A DNA stretch of 64,000 nucleotides from Protoeuglena noctilucae (lineage: Eukaryota): the NCBI GenBank assembly GCA_958009085.1, contig OY253668.1, positions 1 to 64,000 on the forward strand. Direction: 5' to 3'. Below, piece after piece: positions 10,911-23,853 of this stretch; position 1 is the stretch's first letter; each line of letters opens with the position of its first letter. Under the pieces are notes generated by a model that worked only from the letters and a program-made list of their open reading frames with translations, was not told the origin of the DNA and did no database searches. The position numbers and the translations under genes were made by a program.

Positions 10911-13541
10911 ATGGCGGCAACGGCAGCCCTTGCGGCCCACCACGGGCGCGCGAACCAGCTTCCCAGCTGCCGCCCCGCCGCGCAATGCCCCAGTCGACCC
11001 GATGCTCGCGGTCCCGGGCAAAAATTGGAACGGACATGCAGGCGGACCTGTGTTTGTGGACGCGCGGCCGTCGGGGGCGCGGCGCCGGTGGGGTCCGTTG
11101 CCGACATGGGCGAGCTGCAGGCGTGGGTCGCGCGCTTCCCCGCCTCTCAGCAGGCGTGCGCCCTCACACCCGTGCGGTCAGCTTCAGGCGGCTGGGGATT
11201 GCGAGCAGACGGTCCTGTGAGTGCCGCAGCCCTCGCGTTGGGGGCGCACGCGCGCATGCAGCAGCTGCTGGCGCGTGCGGCGCCCCATCCACGCGCATCG
11301 GAGCTGACGTGCGCAGGTGTCTGCCGGGGAGCAGTTGGTGTGCGTCCCCCGCGCTGCCATGATGACTGTCGACACGGCCACCGAGTCCCCGCACAGTGGG
11401 GGGCTGGTGGACCGGGCGGGGCTGGGGCAGTGGCAGGCCATGTGTCTACATCTGCTGACGGAGAGAGCTGCGGGGGACGGCTCCCGATGGGCGCCCTACC
11501 TACGCTGTGAGGGAGCAGCGCGGGTTGCGATGCATGGCCCTTACCTGTCTTGTGTGCCTGGCCCCAACGTGCCCTCATCTGCACTCATTGGCAGTCTCGG
11601 GAATCATCATGTTCTCCCTCCCCCCAGGCCTCCCTGACCTCTCCGACCACCCCCTTCTGTGGGGCCCCGACCGCCGCGCGTGGCTGCGTGGGTCGCCCAT
11701 GCTGGCACGGCTGGAGGCGCGGCTGCAGAACGTGCGGGAGGATGCCGCGGAGTTGGTGGGCGCGGGCGCGAACGAACTGCCGGTGGCGCGGGGCGTGGAG
11801 GGGGGCCTGGTGACGGAGGAGTCGATGCGATGGGTGAGGGACCGAGGGATGGGGAAGGGCATTGGCGAGGGGGCGCGTGGCATGGGCGCAATCACTCGTC
11901 GCTTCCCTCGTCCTCGCAGGCTGCCGCCGTGCTGCTCTCCCGTGCCTTCTATCTGGCCTTTGATGACGACGCGGGTGCTGAGAGGACTTCCGGTGCGTGC
12001 GGGGGAGGCTAGGGCGGTGCAGCAGCGGGCACTCTGCGTGCGGGACGTGTTCGCGTTGCCTCGCACTGCGAAGTACCTCTGTGCTTGCGCAGGTGCGGTG
12101 GATGTGACGATGCCTTTGGACCGCTACGGCCCCGGTGCGGTGGACGTGGGCGCGGTGCTGGACGATGAGGCAGAGGCAGCAGGGGAGGAGTACATGTCAT
12201 CTCTGGATGGGGAGCCCCTGCACTCGATCGCCCTGGTGCCGTGGGCTGACCTGCTCAACCACAGGCGAGGGGCAGGGGATGCGACATGTTGCTTGGGTGT
12301 GGAGGCTGACTGGACAGGCGTTGCTGACGCAGCTACTATCCCTATTCCCGCAGCTCCTCGGCGACGGAGGAGGCCCTCCTGCGATTCGACCCCGAGGCGA
12401 GGGCAGTGTCTGTGACTCATGGGGCCTTCGATGGGTTATGATGGTTATGCTGCCTGCAGCTGTGGTGGCCCATGGGGTTGAGTCTCAGCTGCACACGGGA
12501 GTGCCTCCCTCCCTGCAACTTAGGTGGGTGCCCATGGTTATCTCAGCTGCAGTCGCCAGTGTCTCTTTCTCCGCAGACCCAGACGGCCGCGCTGCATGCG
12601 CACCGTGCGTATGCGGCGGGGGACGAGGTGCACGACTCCTACGGCCCCTGGCGCAGCGCGAGCGACCTGCTCCTCGACTACGGATTCGTGGACGCAGACA
12701 ACCGCAACGACTGGGTCGAGGTGCCCCTGGTGCGGCTGGCCAGGCCCCAGGCAAACGAGGCACGGGCCTTCTTTGCGGCTGCGGGGGGGATGCTCGACGA
12801 GCTGGGAGCGGTGTTCGACGCGGAGAGCGCGCCGGACGCCAACATCCTCGCGTGGGTGCGGTGAGGGCATCCGAGCAACAGCCGTCCCCTGCCTGGTTCA
12901 TATAGCGCCGTCCCCTCTCGGTGCCTTTCGCTGACCCTCTCGCCCTGACCCCGACCTCAGAGCCGCGGTGGCGACGGACGAGGAGCTGGCGTCGCTGGGG
13001 TGGGACGGCACGGGGGACGACGCAGACCAGCTGGCCTCTGCCCTCACGCTGACCGGCAACCTGGCGCGCCCCGTCAGGCGAGGGTGGCGGGCGCAGCGGC
13101 CGACCGCTGGACTGCGCCGCGCTGGCTGCGGTCACGGCAGTCTGAATCCTCCTGGTCACCTCTCACACCAGGCCCTGCGCTGCCACTCCCACCGCAGCCG
13201 TAGCAACGAGGCGCGGATGGCGGCGTCGCTGGGTGCAGCGCTGGAGGAGGTGGAGCGGGGATACGCGTCACGGCTGGAGGATGACGAGGACGAGTTGCGG
13301 AGTCTCGAGTGAGGGAGCAGGGGGCTGTGTGAAGATGCGGTGGGGAGACGGTACGCGAGTCGTGCTCTGATGGGCCCTGCGCTGCCGCCGCAGGGGCGAG
13401 GGGCGGGGCACGGGGCCGCGAGTGTCGACGCTCCGGGCGCTGGTGGCCGAGAAACGCGCCATCCGCGCCACCCTGGAGCGCGTCCAGGCGGCGGAGGAGC
13501 GTCTGGCCCAGAAAGTGAGGCTACAGGACGTGTGGGACTGA
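10911..13541 (+). CDS. SET-domain protein lysine methyltransferase, Rubisco LSMT-like, probably plastid-targeted
   Basis: GWGLRA, SRWAPYL, AAAVLLSRAF, ALVPWADLLNH, EVHDSYG...LLLDYGFVD; C-terminal LSMT substrate-binding-like helices. Confidence 0.88.
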
Positions 13542-14308
13542 GCGTGACCGCAAACGGTAGGAAATGAAGCTGTTGTAGCAAGGCGTTTCGCGAGATCTGA
13601 AGGGAGGCAGCCTGTGCTGCAGTGCCAGACGGTAGAACCCCTATCGCGCGCTCCTCGCGTGTCGAGCGCGCAAGGGTCCACGCGCCTGGATCCGGTGCAT
13701 AAAAGCGCATTTTAGCGACCATTTGTGACGGAACAGCGGGTTCGCGGAGGGGCTCCCCAGGCCAGGAAGTCAAGCAGACTCCACCCAAGACTTTTCGACG
13801 CCTCCTGCCGCCGGTGAGTGTCCCCTCGGGTGCTGTGGAAGAGGATGGGGTTTCGCGTGCATACACCTTCTGCTCCGATGCGCAGAAGCGCTTATGTATC
13901 GCCTCGACCGCGCACCGGGCCGGGAAAATGTCGCCCCCTTGCCCTCCCCCATGCTGTCGTTTGGCAAGCCCGCTCGCCCCCACGACCCGCCTGCGCGGTT
14001 TTGGTGACAATCACTGCACCACGACAGCCGTTTCGCCGGCCTATTCGCGCCCAGGCGGCACTTTGGGTCGAGTGTGCCGGGCGCGTGCCACCGCGCCGCC
14101 GCGCTCGCTGGAGGACCCGAGGAGCGCAACAGCGTTTGTGGGTGCTTTCAACACCGATCGCGGCCGATGGGCTGGCTTTCCAATCTCATCGCGCCCTCCA
14201 CGCGCCGGTCCCAGCACTTGGGTGCATCTGTCCCGTCCGCAGCTCTTGCCCACCGTTCCCTGGCCGCAGCTATCCCCTCGAGGACAGCTTGGAGAGAAGC
14301 TGGAAGAC

Positions 14309-16050
14309 ATGGTTCCTACGCGGTGGGTGCCGGGCCTCGGGGGCGACGCACGCCGCCCGTGGCATGGGTGCGGCATGGGTGCGGCACGCGCCAGGCGCAC
14401 GCCATCCACAGACCCCCCCGTCCCCTCGCGCAGGGCCATTGCCTCTCGGGGGGCGCGCTTTTCGTGGAGGGTCGCCGTGCTGGCTGCGATGCTGCTGGTC
14501 GCGCTGCTGGCCCCGTCCGTGTGCATGGCGGACGCGGGCAGCGTGGCGCTGTCGGGGACTGCGGCGGACGGGGAGGTGCTTGCAACGGTGGTCGGCCAAA
14601 CGGTGGCGTCCCGCAGGCTCCTCGACTCCGGCGTGGAGAAGAGCTCGTCGGACCGCCTCAAGATCGGGGTCTCGTTTGCCATCCTGGCCGAGGGCATCCT
14701 GGGCTCCCTCATCCCCATCTTCGGCGTCAACCTGTTCGGCGTTCACTCGGGCTACGTCATGTCCCTCCTCAACATGTTCAGCGGCGGCGTCTTCATCACG
14801 ATCGGCCTCTCGGACATCCTTGTGGAGGGCATCGACCTCCAGGACCACCTGGAGCTCAAGTACGGCTACCCCCTGGTGCCCATCATGACCGTCGTGGGGT
14901 TCCTCATCGTCTTCACCGCCAACAGTGAGTCCGTGCGTTGTTGCTCTATGCTTGTCATGCGCACGTGATACCCATCGAGTGCTGCACATGACATGTGATG
15001 ACATGACATGGCAACACCGCGTCTATCCCGCAGAGATCCTCATCGGCAGCTCCCAGTTCGACTTCTCCAAGGACGGGAGCGAGGCCACCGAGAGCATCGA
15101 CCTCGAGAAGGCGGACGCGGAGGCCGCGGGCGCGGGGGTGGGCAAGACCCTCTCCCGGGGGACGGAGGAGACCGCCGACGAGGCCGGCAAGAGTGAGTGA
15201 CAGTGGCAGCAGCGCCCCGAGTGCCTGCTCACCTGCTGTGGTGACGAGGGATGTCCCGCTTCCTGGCTCCCCAGCTGTGGTGGTGTGATGCGAGTTGCCG
15301 GGCGTGCCTGCCCCCGCAGAGACCGCTCTGCAGAGCTTCGTGGCTCGGTCCGCGACCCAGTCGAGCGCCATCGCCATCCTCTGCGCCATCACCGTGCACG
15401 AGATCATCGGGGACGGCCTGGCCATCGGCATTGCGCGCTCGTACGACGCCACGGTCAACATCATCGTGGCGGTGGTCGGCACGCGCGCCTTCGAGGGCAT
15501 CTCGCTGGTGAGGGGCGGCCCGGCTGCGAGTGCCCTGCCTCCTCAGCACCCGTGTGGCTCTGCCCGCACGTGTGTGTCTGCTGCCACCCCTCACACGCCT
15601 ACACCATCTGAACCCCCCCCAGGCCACGCGCTTCCTCAAGGCCGGCGCCACTCGCCTCGAGGCCTTCCTGTGGCTCATGCCCTTCTTCCTCTCCACCCCC
15701 ATTGCCATCTACATCGGCCTGGCCCTCTCCCAGACGTCCGACACGGTCGTCGCCATCTTCCAAGGACTCTCCGCGGGGACCTTCATCTACGTGGGGGCAT
15801 TCGACGTGCTGTCCAATCAGGCGAGGATGAGGGGCGGGGAGGGGTGCAGCGAGTGATGGTCGCTGTTATGTCAACCTCCTGCACATGCCCCTGCCCTTCA
15901 CCCCGCCTCTAACGCCGCCCCTTGCAGTTCGGGAGCCACCAGCCCAACCGGAGCTTCTGGGCGCGTGCGCAGCTCCTGGGGGCCTACATGCTGGGCGCGC
16001 TGGTCATCTGCCTGGTGCGCCTGCACGGGGAGGGCGACGAGTCCAGCTGA
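14309..16050 (+). CDS. ZIP family Zn/Fe transporter
   Basis: Signal-like N-terminus; LNMFSGGVFITIGL, YPLVP, VHEIIGDGLAIG, STPIAIYIG, GLSAGTFIYV. Confidence 0.85.
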
Positions 16051-16355
16051 GGGGCGGGGACGGCGATGCTCGCCCGTGGGTTGCCTTTTTCCGCGTTTGC
16101 CACCCCTCCCCCTGCATGCCATGACCACCTGCCAGTCCGTGTGACGGTTCTCCTGCCACCCTCCGCCCCTTTCCTTTGTCCCTCGTGACGTCGCGCAGCA
16201 GCCGCATTGCAGCCACGTCACGAGCTAGAGAGCCACTGCTGATCGAGACAGAAGAGTCGTTGAAGAGCGCACGAGATTCAAAGCGCCGCATGCCCGCTGG
16301 CCTGAACCCCCTCTAACCTCCTCCTGCGCACTCCACGCCCTCTTGCTACACCCCC

Positions 16356-19217
16356 TCACGTGCTCATGCCCGTGTCACCCCACGACGACGCCGCGGCGCT
16401 CTCTGCCCGCAGCGGGTCCCCCGGCAGCCCACTACCCGGCCGCACCCACTTGTTCTGCCCCAAAGTGGGCACCTCGGCACGACCGCGCCCGCGACCGCGC
16501 CCACGCCCACGGCCGCCCGACGGGCCCGCGCCACGACCCCTGCGCGGGAGAATACACAGACTGTCGATGACATGCATGACATATGCAGCTATGTGTTACC
16601 GCTGATGCCACCCTCTCCACACAGCGCTGCCACATGCCACGCCTGGCTCTCTAGTGCCACCCAGCCCTCACCTGCCGCCGCGGGTGAGCCCCCCCACGAG
16701 GGCATCCAGCCCCGTCGCCTGCCCCGCAGCCGCCTCCGCCCCCGCCTCGCCCCCCTCCCCCGCCCCCCCCTGCCCCTCCGCCACCGCCTCCGTCGCCATG
16801 CTCGCGTCCTCCGCCCCCCGCTCCCCCGCCACCGCCCCCCTCGACTCCTTGGGCTCTTTGGGCTCCGGGTTGTCCTCCTTGCGCACCACCTGGATCTCCC
16901 GGTCCAGCAGCACCGACCCGTCCAGCGTCAGGGCGTCCTTCACGCTCGTGCGAAGGGCGAACTCCACAAACGCGTACCCCTTGGAGCGACCTGGGGGGGG
17001 GAGGGAGAGGCGAGGGAGCGTTGCATGCATATCATGCGATCATCACAGCGCAGTCGCACTCCCACCCCACGCCTGCCCTGCGCTCATCACAGACCAGCCG
17101 TACTCTCACCCCACACTTGCCCAACGCTCATCACATCCCAGCCATACTGCCACCCCACGTCGTCTTTCTCACCCGTGGCCTTGTCCCTTTTGATGGTCAC
17201 GCGGACCACGCGGCCGCAGACGGAGAAGTGGCTGGCGAGGATGCTCTCGGTGGCGTTGAAGTGCACGTTCTTCACCACCACGCTGCGACGGTTCACCTCC
17301 TGCAACGACAGACGGAGACACCGGGCCGGTCACACCAAAGTGAGCACCACTCTGGTTTGACTGCGGCAGAGGGAGCGCTGGTGTCACCACACAAACTCAG
17401 CCACCGCCCCACTCGCCTCGGCGCTGTTGCCGGCCGGCTCCCCCATCGGCGCAGGCGGCCCCTCCGCGTGCCACGGCGCCCCGGGACCACCGAACATGCC
17501 CGGTGGCGGGCCCATGGGGGGTCGCGGGCCGTGACCCGCCATGCCGGGGGCCATGCCGGGCATCATCCCGGGCATCATTCCCGGCGCCATGCCCGGGCCC
17601 ATTCCCGGTGCCATCCCGGGCGCCATGCTCACGCCCGGCACGCCCGCCCCCGGCACTCCCCCCCCGGGTGCGGGCATCCTGGGTCCCATGGCGGAGAGTG
17701 CCAGGAACTGCTGCATCTGCTTCAGGTGCTGCAGCACGGCACCCATCTCCCGCTCCAGCTCGTCCTCCCGGGTCTCCCTCCCACGCCGGTCCCGCTCCCG
17801 GTCGCGGTCCCGCTCCCTCTCCCGCTCCCTCTCCCTATCCCTCTCGCGCCGGATGGCCCGCTCCCTCTCCCGGTCTCGCTCCCGCTCCCGCTCCCTGGCG
17901 CGCCGCGAGTGCTCGCGCCCGGGGCTGGCACCCCGCCCCCACGCCGCGCCGTCCCCGTCCGAGTCCATGCGGTCGCCCAGGCGGGCCTCCATGCCGCGGG
18001 GGCTGACGCGGTCGACGTCGCCCACCACCACCGACCGCGGCGGGGGGCGCGCGGGGGGTGACGGGTGCACGGGCGCCGGTGCCTCCGCCACTCGGTGCGG
18101 GGGCGGGTCGGGGCGCATCGGGGCGTCCCCGCCGCTGTCGCGCGCAGACCGGAACTGCTGGCGGCGCTGCAAGCGCTTGCGCACGTCCGTCCGGACCTTG
18201 AGGGCTTCCTGCGGGGGGAAAGGGACGAGGGCACAGGCATGGCATGGCGTGGCCGGGCGTGGCCGGGCGCGGCGGCGCTGCCCCGCCGCGGAATGTGATC
18301 AGCCACGCACCTTGAGAGTGTCCGTCAGGTACATTTTGACGAGGCGGGCAGAGGGCCCCTCCATCACCAACCGCTTGCGCCCGGGCGACCGCGACCGCGA
18401 CCGCCGACGGTCCCTCTCCCCCTCGCGCCTGTCGTGCCTGCGAGGCGGGGTGAACGCGTCGAGTGAGCGAATGGCGCCGTGGATTGGACCACTTCCATGC
18501 GAGGGCGCATGCCGCGGCGAGCCCTCACCTCTGCTCCCCGTCCTCCCCCACCGGGACCACCACCGACTGCAGCCGACCACGACGGCTCCGGCCACGGTCT
18601 CCGTCGTCTGCCTCGGCCATCTCCCTGCAAAGGGCACAAGCCTGTCGGAGTCGGAGTGAGCATTATGCGGAGAAAAAGGCAGACCTGACGCCTCGCCCCT
18701 TTTCTTGCCACGCACCGTTCCTCCACCACCGACCCCGCTGCCGCATCCCGCGCCAGCAGCTGCTGCACCTCGGGATCTTTCAGCTGAGCGAAGAGCCAGT
18801 CCGACTGCGCGCGAGAGACGCGGCAAACTTCGAGGCCCGCACGGGTGTCGGCGACTAGCCAGCCAAGACCCTGCGCCACCTCACCAGCGTGATGGAGAGT
18901 TCATCGTCTTTGAAAAACTCGCAGATGTGCGCTTGCATGTCCACTGCCGACGGATCCTGCGGGCACAGGCCAAGGGGGAAGTGATGCGTGCCGCGCTCAC
19001 GCTGGCTGGTCATCACGGGTGACGCGCAGATGGACGGGAGGCATGCGGGACGCAGATCAAGTGCGACGCGTGCGCTCGCCTGTCCCAGGAGGGCCGTGAG
19101 GTACGCGGAAAGGCTCTCATCCACGAAGTCGCTTCCAAGGAGGTCGTCCGACTGCAGCTTGGCCTGGATCCTCTTCTGCATGAACTTCCCCACCTCGCTG
19201 TCCACCGTGAACTTCAT
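16356..19217 (-). CDS. RNA-binding protein: Nab2/ZC3H14-like PWI N-terminus, RS/RE and PGM low-complexity regions, PABPN1-like RRM, RGG tail
   Basis: MKFTVDSEVGKFMQKRIQAKL...ESLSAYL; RRM RSVVVKNVHF...SKGYAFVEF. Confidence 0.8.
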
Positions 19218-19863
19218 CCTCGCTCCGATGGGTGCCTAGCGCGGAGGGGTCTCCGTTCCGTGCGCGTCCTTGGTGGCTGCAGCGCACCGAGCGCGACTGA
19301 CGGCGTGAGGAGCCCCACGCCTCCGCGTCGAAAGTGCCCTTCACTGATCGCGGAAGGGCCCTGTGGAACAGAGGCGGTGTCGGTGAGGGAGGCGCCCAAA
19401 CCCTGGCTCAGAGTCTCCCCAACCCCTGTGCACCTGCGCACACAAAGTTCGCTGACAAGACGACTCACCGCGCCTGCGGGTGCACGCCCGCGACGGCTTG
19501 AACGACTCAGCTCGCCCTCGTACCTGCAGGCGCTCTTCTCCCCGGAAGTGGTCGATCCGAGGTCCGACGTTTTATTACGAAACAAGCTGTGCCCAGGCCC
19601 TTGATGTTTTCGCTTCCAAAGGCCCCTGAGTCGGTGCCAGAGTTTCAGCGCAGCGACGAGGGGTCCTTTTCTCCCTTCGCTCGTCCTCATGTTCAGATTC
19701 ACTTGTCGTTCGCCCGTTGGAGTGCTTGACGCGTCCATCGCAGTCGCCAGTTGGACCACACAGCAGCAGGACAGCTAGCGCTCCTTGCCGGGTATTCGGG
19801 CCATCCGCTGCGCGAAGTCGGGGCGCGTGGATATCCTCTGCAGCTCCGCGTATAGCTTATTCT

Positions 19864-22773
19864 ATGGCGGTGAGGTTCATGGGCCGAGGAGCGCTGCCTG
19901 GGCCGCCGGCGATGCGCTACGCTTGTGGATGAACCGATGGCTTCCTGCGGCTGTCCTGTGCCCTGCGCTGAGTGCAGTCGGTCCAGCCGCAAAGTGTTGG
20001 GCCACTCGCATTGTTCCCCGTCCTCCAGGCCCCTTGCACCGCGCTCCCCGCCTCGTCGGGCATTCCCCTGGCCTGGCGGGGGACCCCCGTCGTGGCCGGG
20101 CCCCGCCCCTCCGCGCGCCCCTTCTGCGGGCGCCATGCGCGTGCCACCCGCGACGAGCGCGTGCGGTTGCGCCGCTCGGCTGCGCCGGAGGCCCAGCAGG
20201 CCGCCTCTACCCCCGAGCAGGAGGTGCTGGGCCAGCTGCGCCGCATCGTGGACCCCGACTTCGGCACGGACATCGTCTCCTGCGGCTTCGTGAAGGACCT
20301 CAAGGTGAACGGCGTCGAGTGGGCGCCCCATGGGTGACACGGAGGCGGACGGGGAGGCAGGGCTTGCGTGGAGTGGGGAGGAGAGAGCTGGAGGTGTGCC
20401 TGGCCTGGCGGAAGCCTCTGCCCCCCGCGTGCCCCTCCCCGCAGGTGGACGGCCCCCGCGTGTCGTTCAGCATCGAGCTCACCACCCCCGCGTGCCCCAT
20501 CAAGGACGAGTTTGAGAGGCAGGCGCGCGAGTACGTGGGGTCGCTGGCGTGGGTGGAGGAGGTGGAGGTCAGGATGACGGCGCAGCCGGCCAAGCCAGCC
20601 GTGGCGGCCCAGGTGAACAATCACTCGCCGTCACCTGTTAATCACGGTGTCGTGGTTGGCACGGGGCAGGGCACATAACTGCAGCATGCTCAACACATGC
20701 CATGTGTATGCCCGCGCGCTTTTTTCTGTCGCAGGAGCGTCCCGGCGGCCTTGCGAGGGTCAAGCACATCGTGGCCGTGTCGTCGTGCAAGGGCGGCGTG
20801 GGCAAGTCGACCACGGCCGTCAACCTGGCCTACACGCTGGCGCAGATGGGGGCCAAGGTCGGCGTCTTCGATGCGGACGTGTATGGACCCTCGCTGCCCA
20901 CCATGGTCTCCCCAGAGGTGATGCCTTATTGGACGAGCAGGTGCCAGTGAGGCGAGAAGCGCCTTGGCAGACGTCACAGTCACCACCAGTTGTTACCCTG
21001 TGCCTTTTCTGCAGAAGCGTGTGCTGGAGATGGACCCCAACACGCGCAACATCAAGCCCACCGAGTACCTGGGCGTCAAGCTGGTGTCGTTCGGGTTCGC
21101 CGGCCAGGGCAGCGCCATCATGCGAGGTTCCATGGTGTCCGGGGTCATCCAGCAGCTCCTCGTCACCAGCCAGGCGAGCTGGAGCGAAGCTGATAGATGC
21201 TAGCTGGTTGTCATGTCTTGGATGTGACACGCTGGCATCTAGCAGACACCCGCGACAGTCGTGTTGTCATGGCTAGAAGAGCGCAACGGTCGTCTGCGTT
21301 GCTGCCGCAGTGGGGTGAGCTCGATTACCTCATCGTGGACTTCCCCCCCGGCACGGGCGACATCCAGCTCACCCTGTGCCAGAGCATGGCCATCACAGCC
21401 GCCGTCATCGTCACCACGCCCCAGAAGCTCGCCTTCATCGACGTGGCCAAGGGCATCCGCATGTTCGCCAAGCTCATGGTGCCCTGCGTGGCCGTGGTCG
21501 AGAACATGTCCTACTTCCGGGCACCGGACACGGGCAAGGTCTACCACCCGTTCGGCACGGGGTCGGGCAAGCGCGTCCAGGTGCGGAGTAGGGGGGTAGC
21601 ACACTCACTGCCATTACCGCAGTAACACCGCACGTCACTCTCTGTCCCCTGTTATTTGCTGCAATTTCTTGTCACCCTTACAACCACTCGGTCCGTCCGT
21701 CCCCCTCCCTCCCCCTGCCACTCGCTGCCACCCCCACACCCGCCCCCACAACCACCCATCTCCCACTCTCTTTCTCTCCAGGATGATTTCGGCATCCCCA
21801 ACCTGGTGGAGTTCCCCATGGTGGGCGAGCTGAGCGCGGCGGGCGACTCGGGGCAGCCGCTGGTGGTGGCGGACCCTGCGTGCGAGACGGCGCGGCAATT
21901 CGGGGAGCTGGGCGCGGCGGTGGTGCGGGAGATCGCCAAGATGGACCGCAAGCGCAACGCCGTAGTCTACCACCCGGAGTTCCACGCCGTGTCGGTGCGA
22001 CTGGTGACGCTACAGGGTGAGGAGAGGAGCGAGGGGGGTGGGGTATGGGTGGTGGTTGCAGTAGCATGCGTGGGGTGGATGCCGAGATGCGACGGCAGGG
22101 TTCGCTCTCTCTGAGGGTCATGCGATGCGACGTGGCCACTCTCTCTGTGACGCATGCAATGCGATGCAATCCCCTCTCTCTCGTGCATCCGCCCACCTAG
22201 GCCATGACGAGGGGGAGTTCTGGGTGGACCCGGCCGTGCTGCGGCGCAACGACACGTCCGCCCTGGTGAGCCAGCCGCGTGCAATTGGAGATTCGGTCAC
22301 AGTGACAGTGGCAGTGGCAGCGACAGTTGCCCCATATCGCAACTCCCCCTGCCTCGCTTGTACCCAGTCGATCAACGAGTGGACGGGGGAGCGCATGCTG
22401 CGTGACGAGGACATCCCCGACGACGTGGCGCCCGAGGAGATCAACCCACTCGGCAACTACGCCGTGCAGATCACCTGGCAGGTGCGTGGATGCAGTGCAC
22501 ACCGCTTCACTGGTGGGGCGAGGGCAGCCATCGATGCAGAGTGCCCTTACTTGGCGACTCTCTGGGTAACGTGCTAAGACAACAGCACCCCTCTCTTTAT
22601 TCTATCTCTCTCTCCCATCGCAGGATGGCTTCAATCAGGTGGCCACCTTTGAGCTCCTCGACTCTCTGCCACGCCTGGAGCCGTCTGACCTGCCCGAAAG
22701 GGGCGCCAGGTTCCAGAGGGCAGGGGGCGTGGCGGTCAACGGGGCGGCCGTGGCTGTGCCGGAACTCGACTGA
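19864..22773 (+). CDS. HCF101: HCF101 plastid Fe-S cluster scaffold (DUF59 + Mrp/NBP35 ATPase + DUF971)
   Basis: [76 protein letters not shown]. Confidence 0.95.
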
Positions 22774-23853
22774 TACTAACGATTATAACCAGGCAGCGAT
22801 ACAGGGTCGGCAAGGCAGCGAGTGGGGGGGTGCGCGACATATATGGCTGCTGTAGGGTAGGGGTGCGCGTGGCATGTGGCGCGGGTTGAACGTGTCTCGA
22901 GGGGCACGGATAGGCCCAGAGAACTGCCTGCCCGCGCATCTCTGTGGCACCCCAGCGAACCCCGGCGGCACCAGACAGCCACGCGAGGATTAGGGGGTGC
23001 GGGAGTGATGGCATGATGGCATGGCATGGGGATGGCAGGCATCGCATGCGGGCGAACGCGGGTGATGTGTCCGCCGCGCATCCCGCGTGCTCAGATGCGC
23101 GCGGGGGCGCAGCGGGCAAAGGACACGCGTGCGCCCGCATGCGTTGCCCAGGTGGGGGTGGGCGGGTCACGACATCCGTCCGCCCCAGCCACCAAGCAAA
23201 AGGTCATCTTGCTCGACTCGCCACTCAGTCGATGCATCTGCGAACGCAAAGCGGCCAGGAAGCTCCGTCGGTCCGCGCGGGCGGGCGGGCGCGGCGGGTC
23301 CGCAGCCGTTGCGGGGATGGAATGTCCAACAGCCCCCCACCGCGGGCAGGGGACGGCCTGCCCCCGGTGTGTGATGCCATAGGGGCAGTCGAATGGATTT
23401 GGCACCCGTGCGAAACTGAACCGGCTATCAGGGCGACCGGCCAGTGCTTAAGAGTGCGCGGCCGCGTCGGCAGAGCAAACGACTTCACGCCGGCCCCGCG
23501 CGCTCCCCACCTGCCAGTCAGGGACGCATAGCGACATAAGCTGGCATCGGGGAAGCTAAGCGGGGGCGCAACTCCCGGGAAGCGACGCGGATGGGCGCGC
23601 AGCCGCCGTTGCCCCCTGCAGTGCGCGTCAGGGGACGAGCATGGGCAGAGAGATGGCGGAGCGGGGCCGTTTGCAGTAAACAAGCCCGCATTGATACGAC
23701 TGGCGCCGAAGCGAGCGTTTTCTCTTGCTCTCCACCTGTCAGTTCCACTGGCACGGCACGTGGACCTATTCAATCGCGAAACCGAGACCGGGGGACATTC
23801 ATCGCCGCTTTACCTAGAAAGCAGCAGCTGCCCGCGTGCCCGCCTCTCCTATC

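Noticed and set aside
22774..23853. Possible small gene between HCF101 and the 4-TM gene
   Set aside because: There is no recognisable motif or consistent spliced frame, so it is treated as UTR/intergenic.
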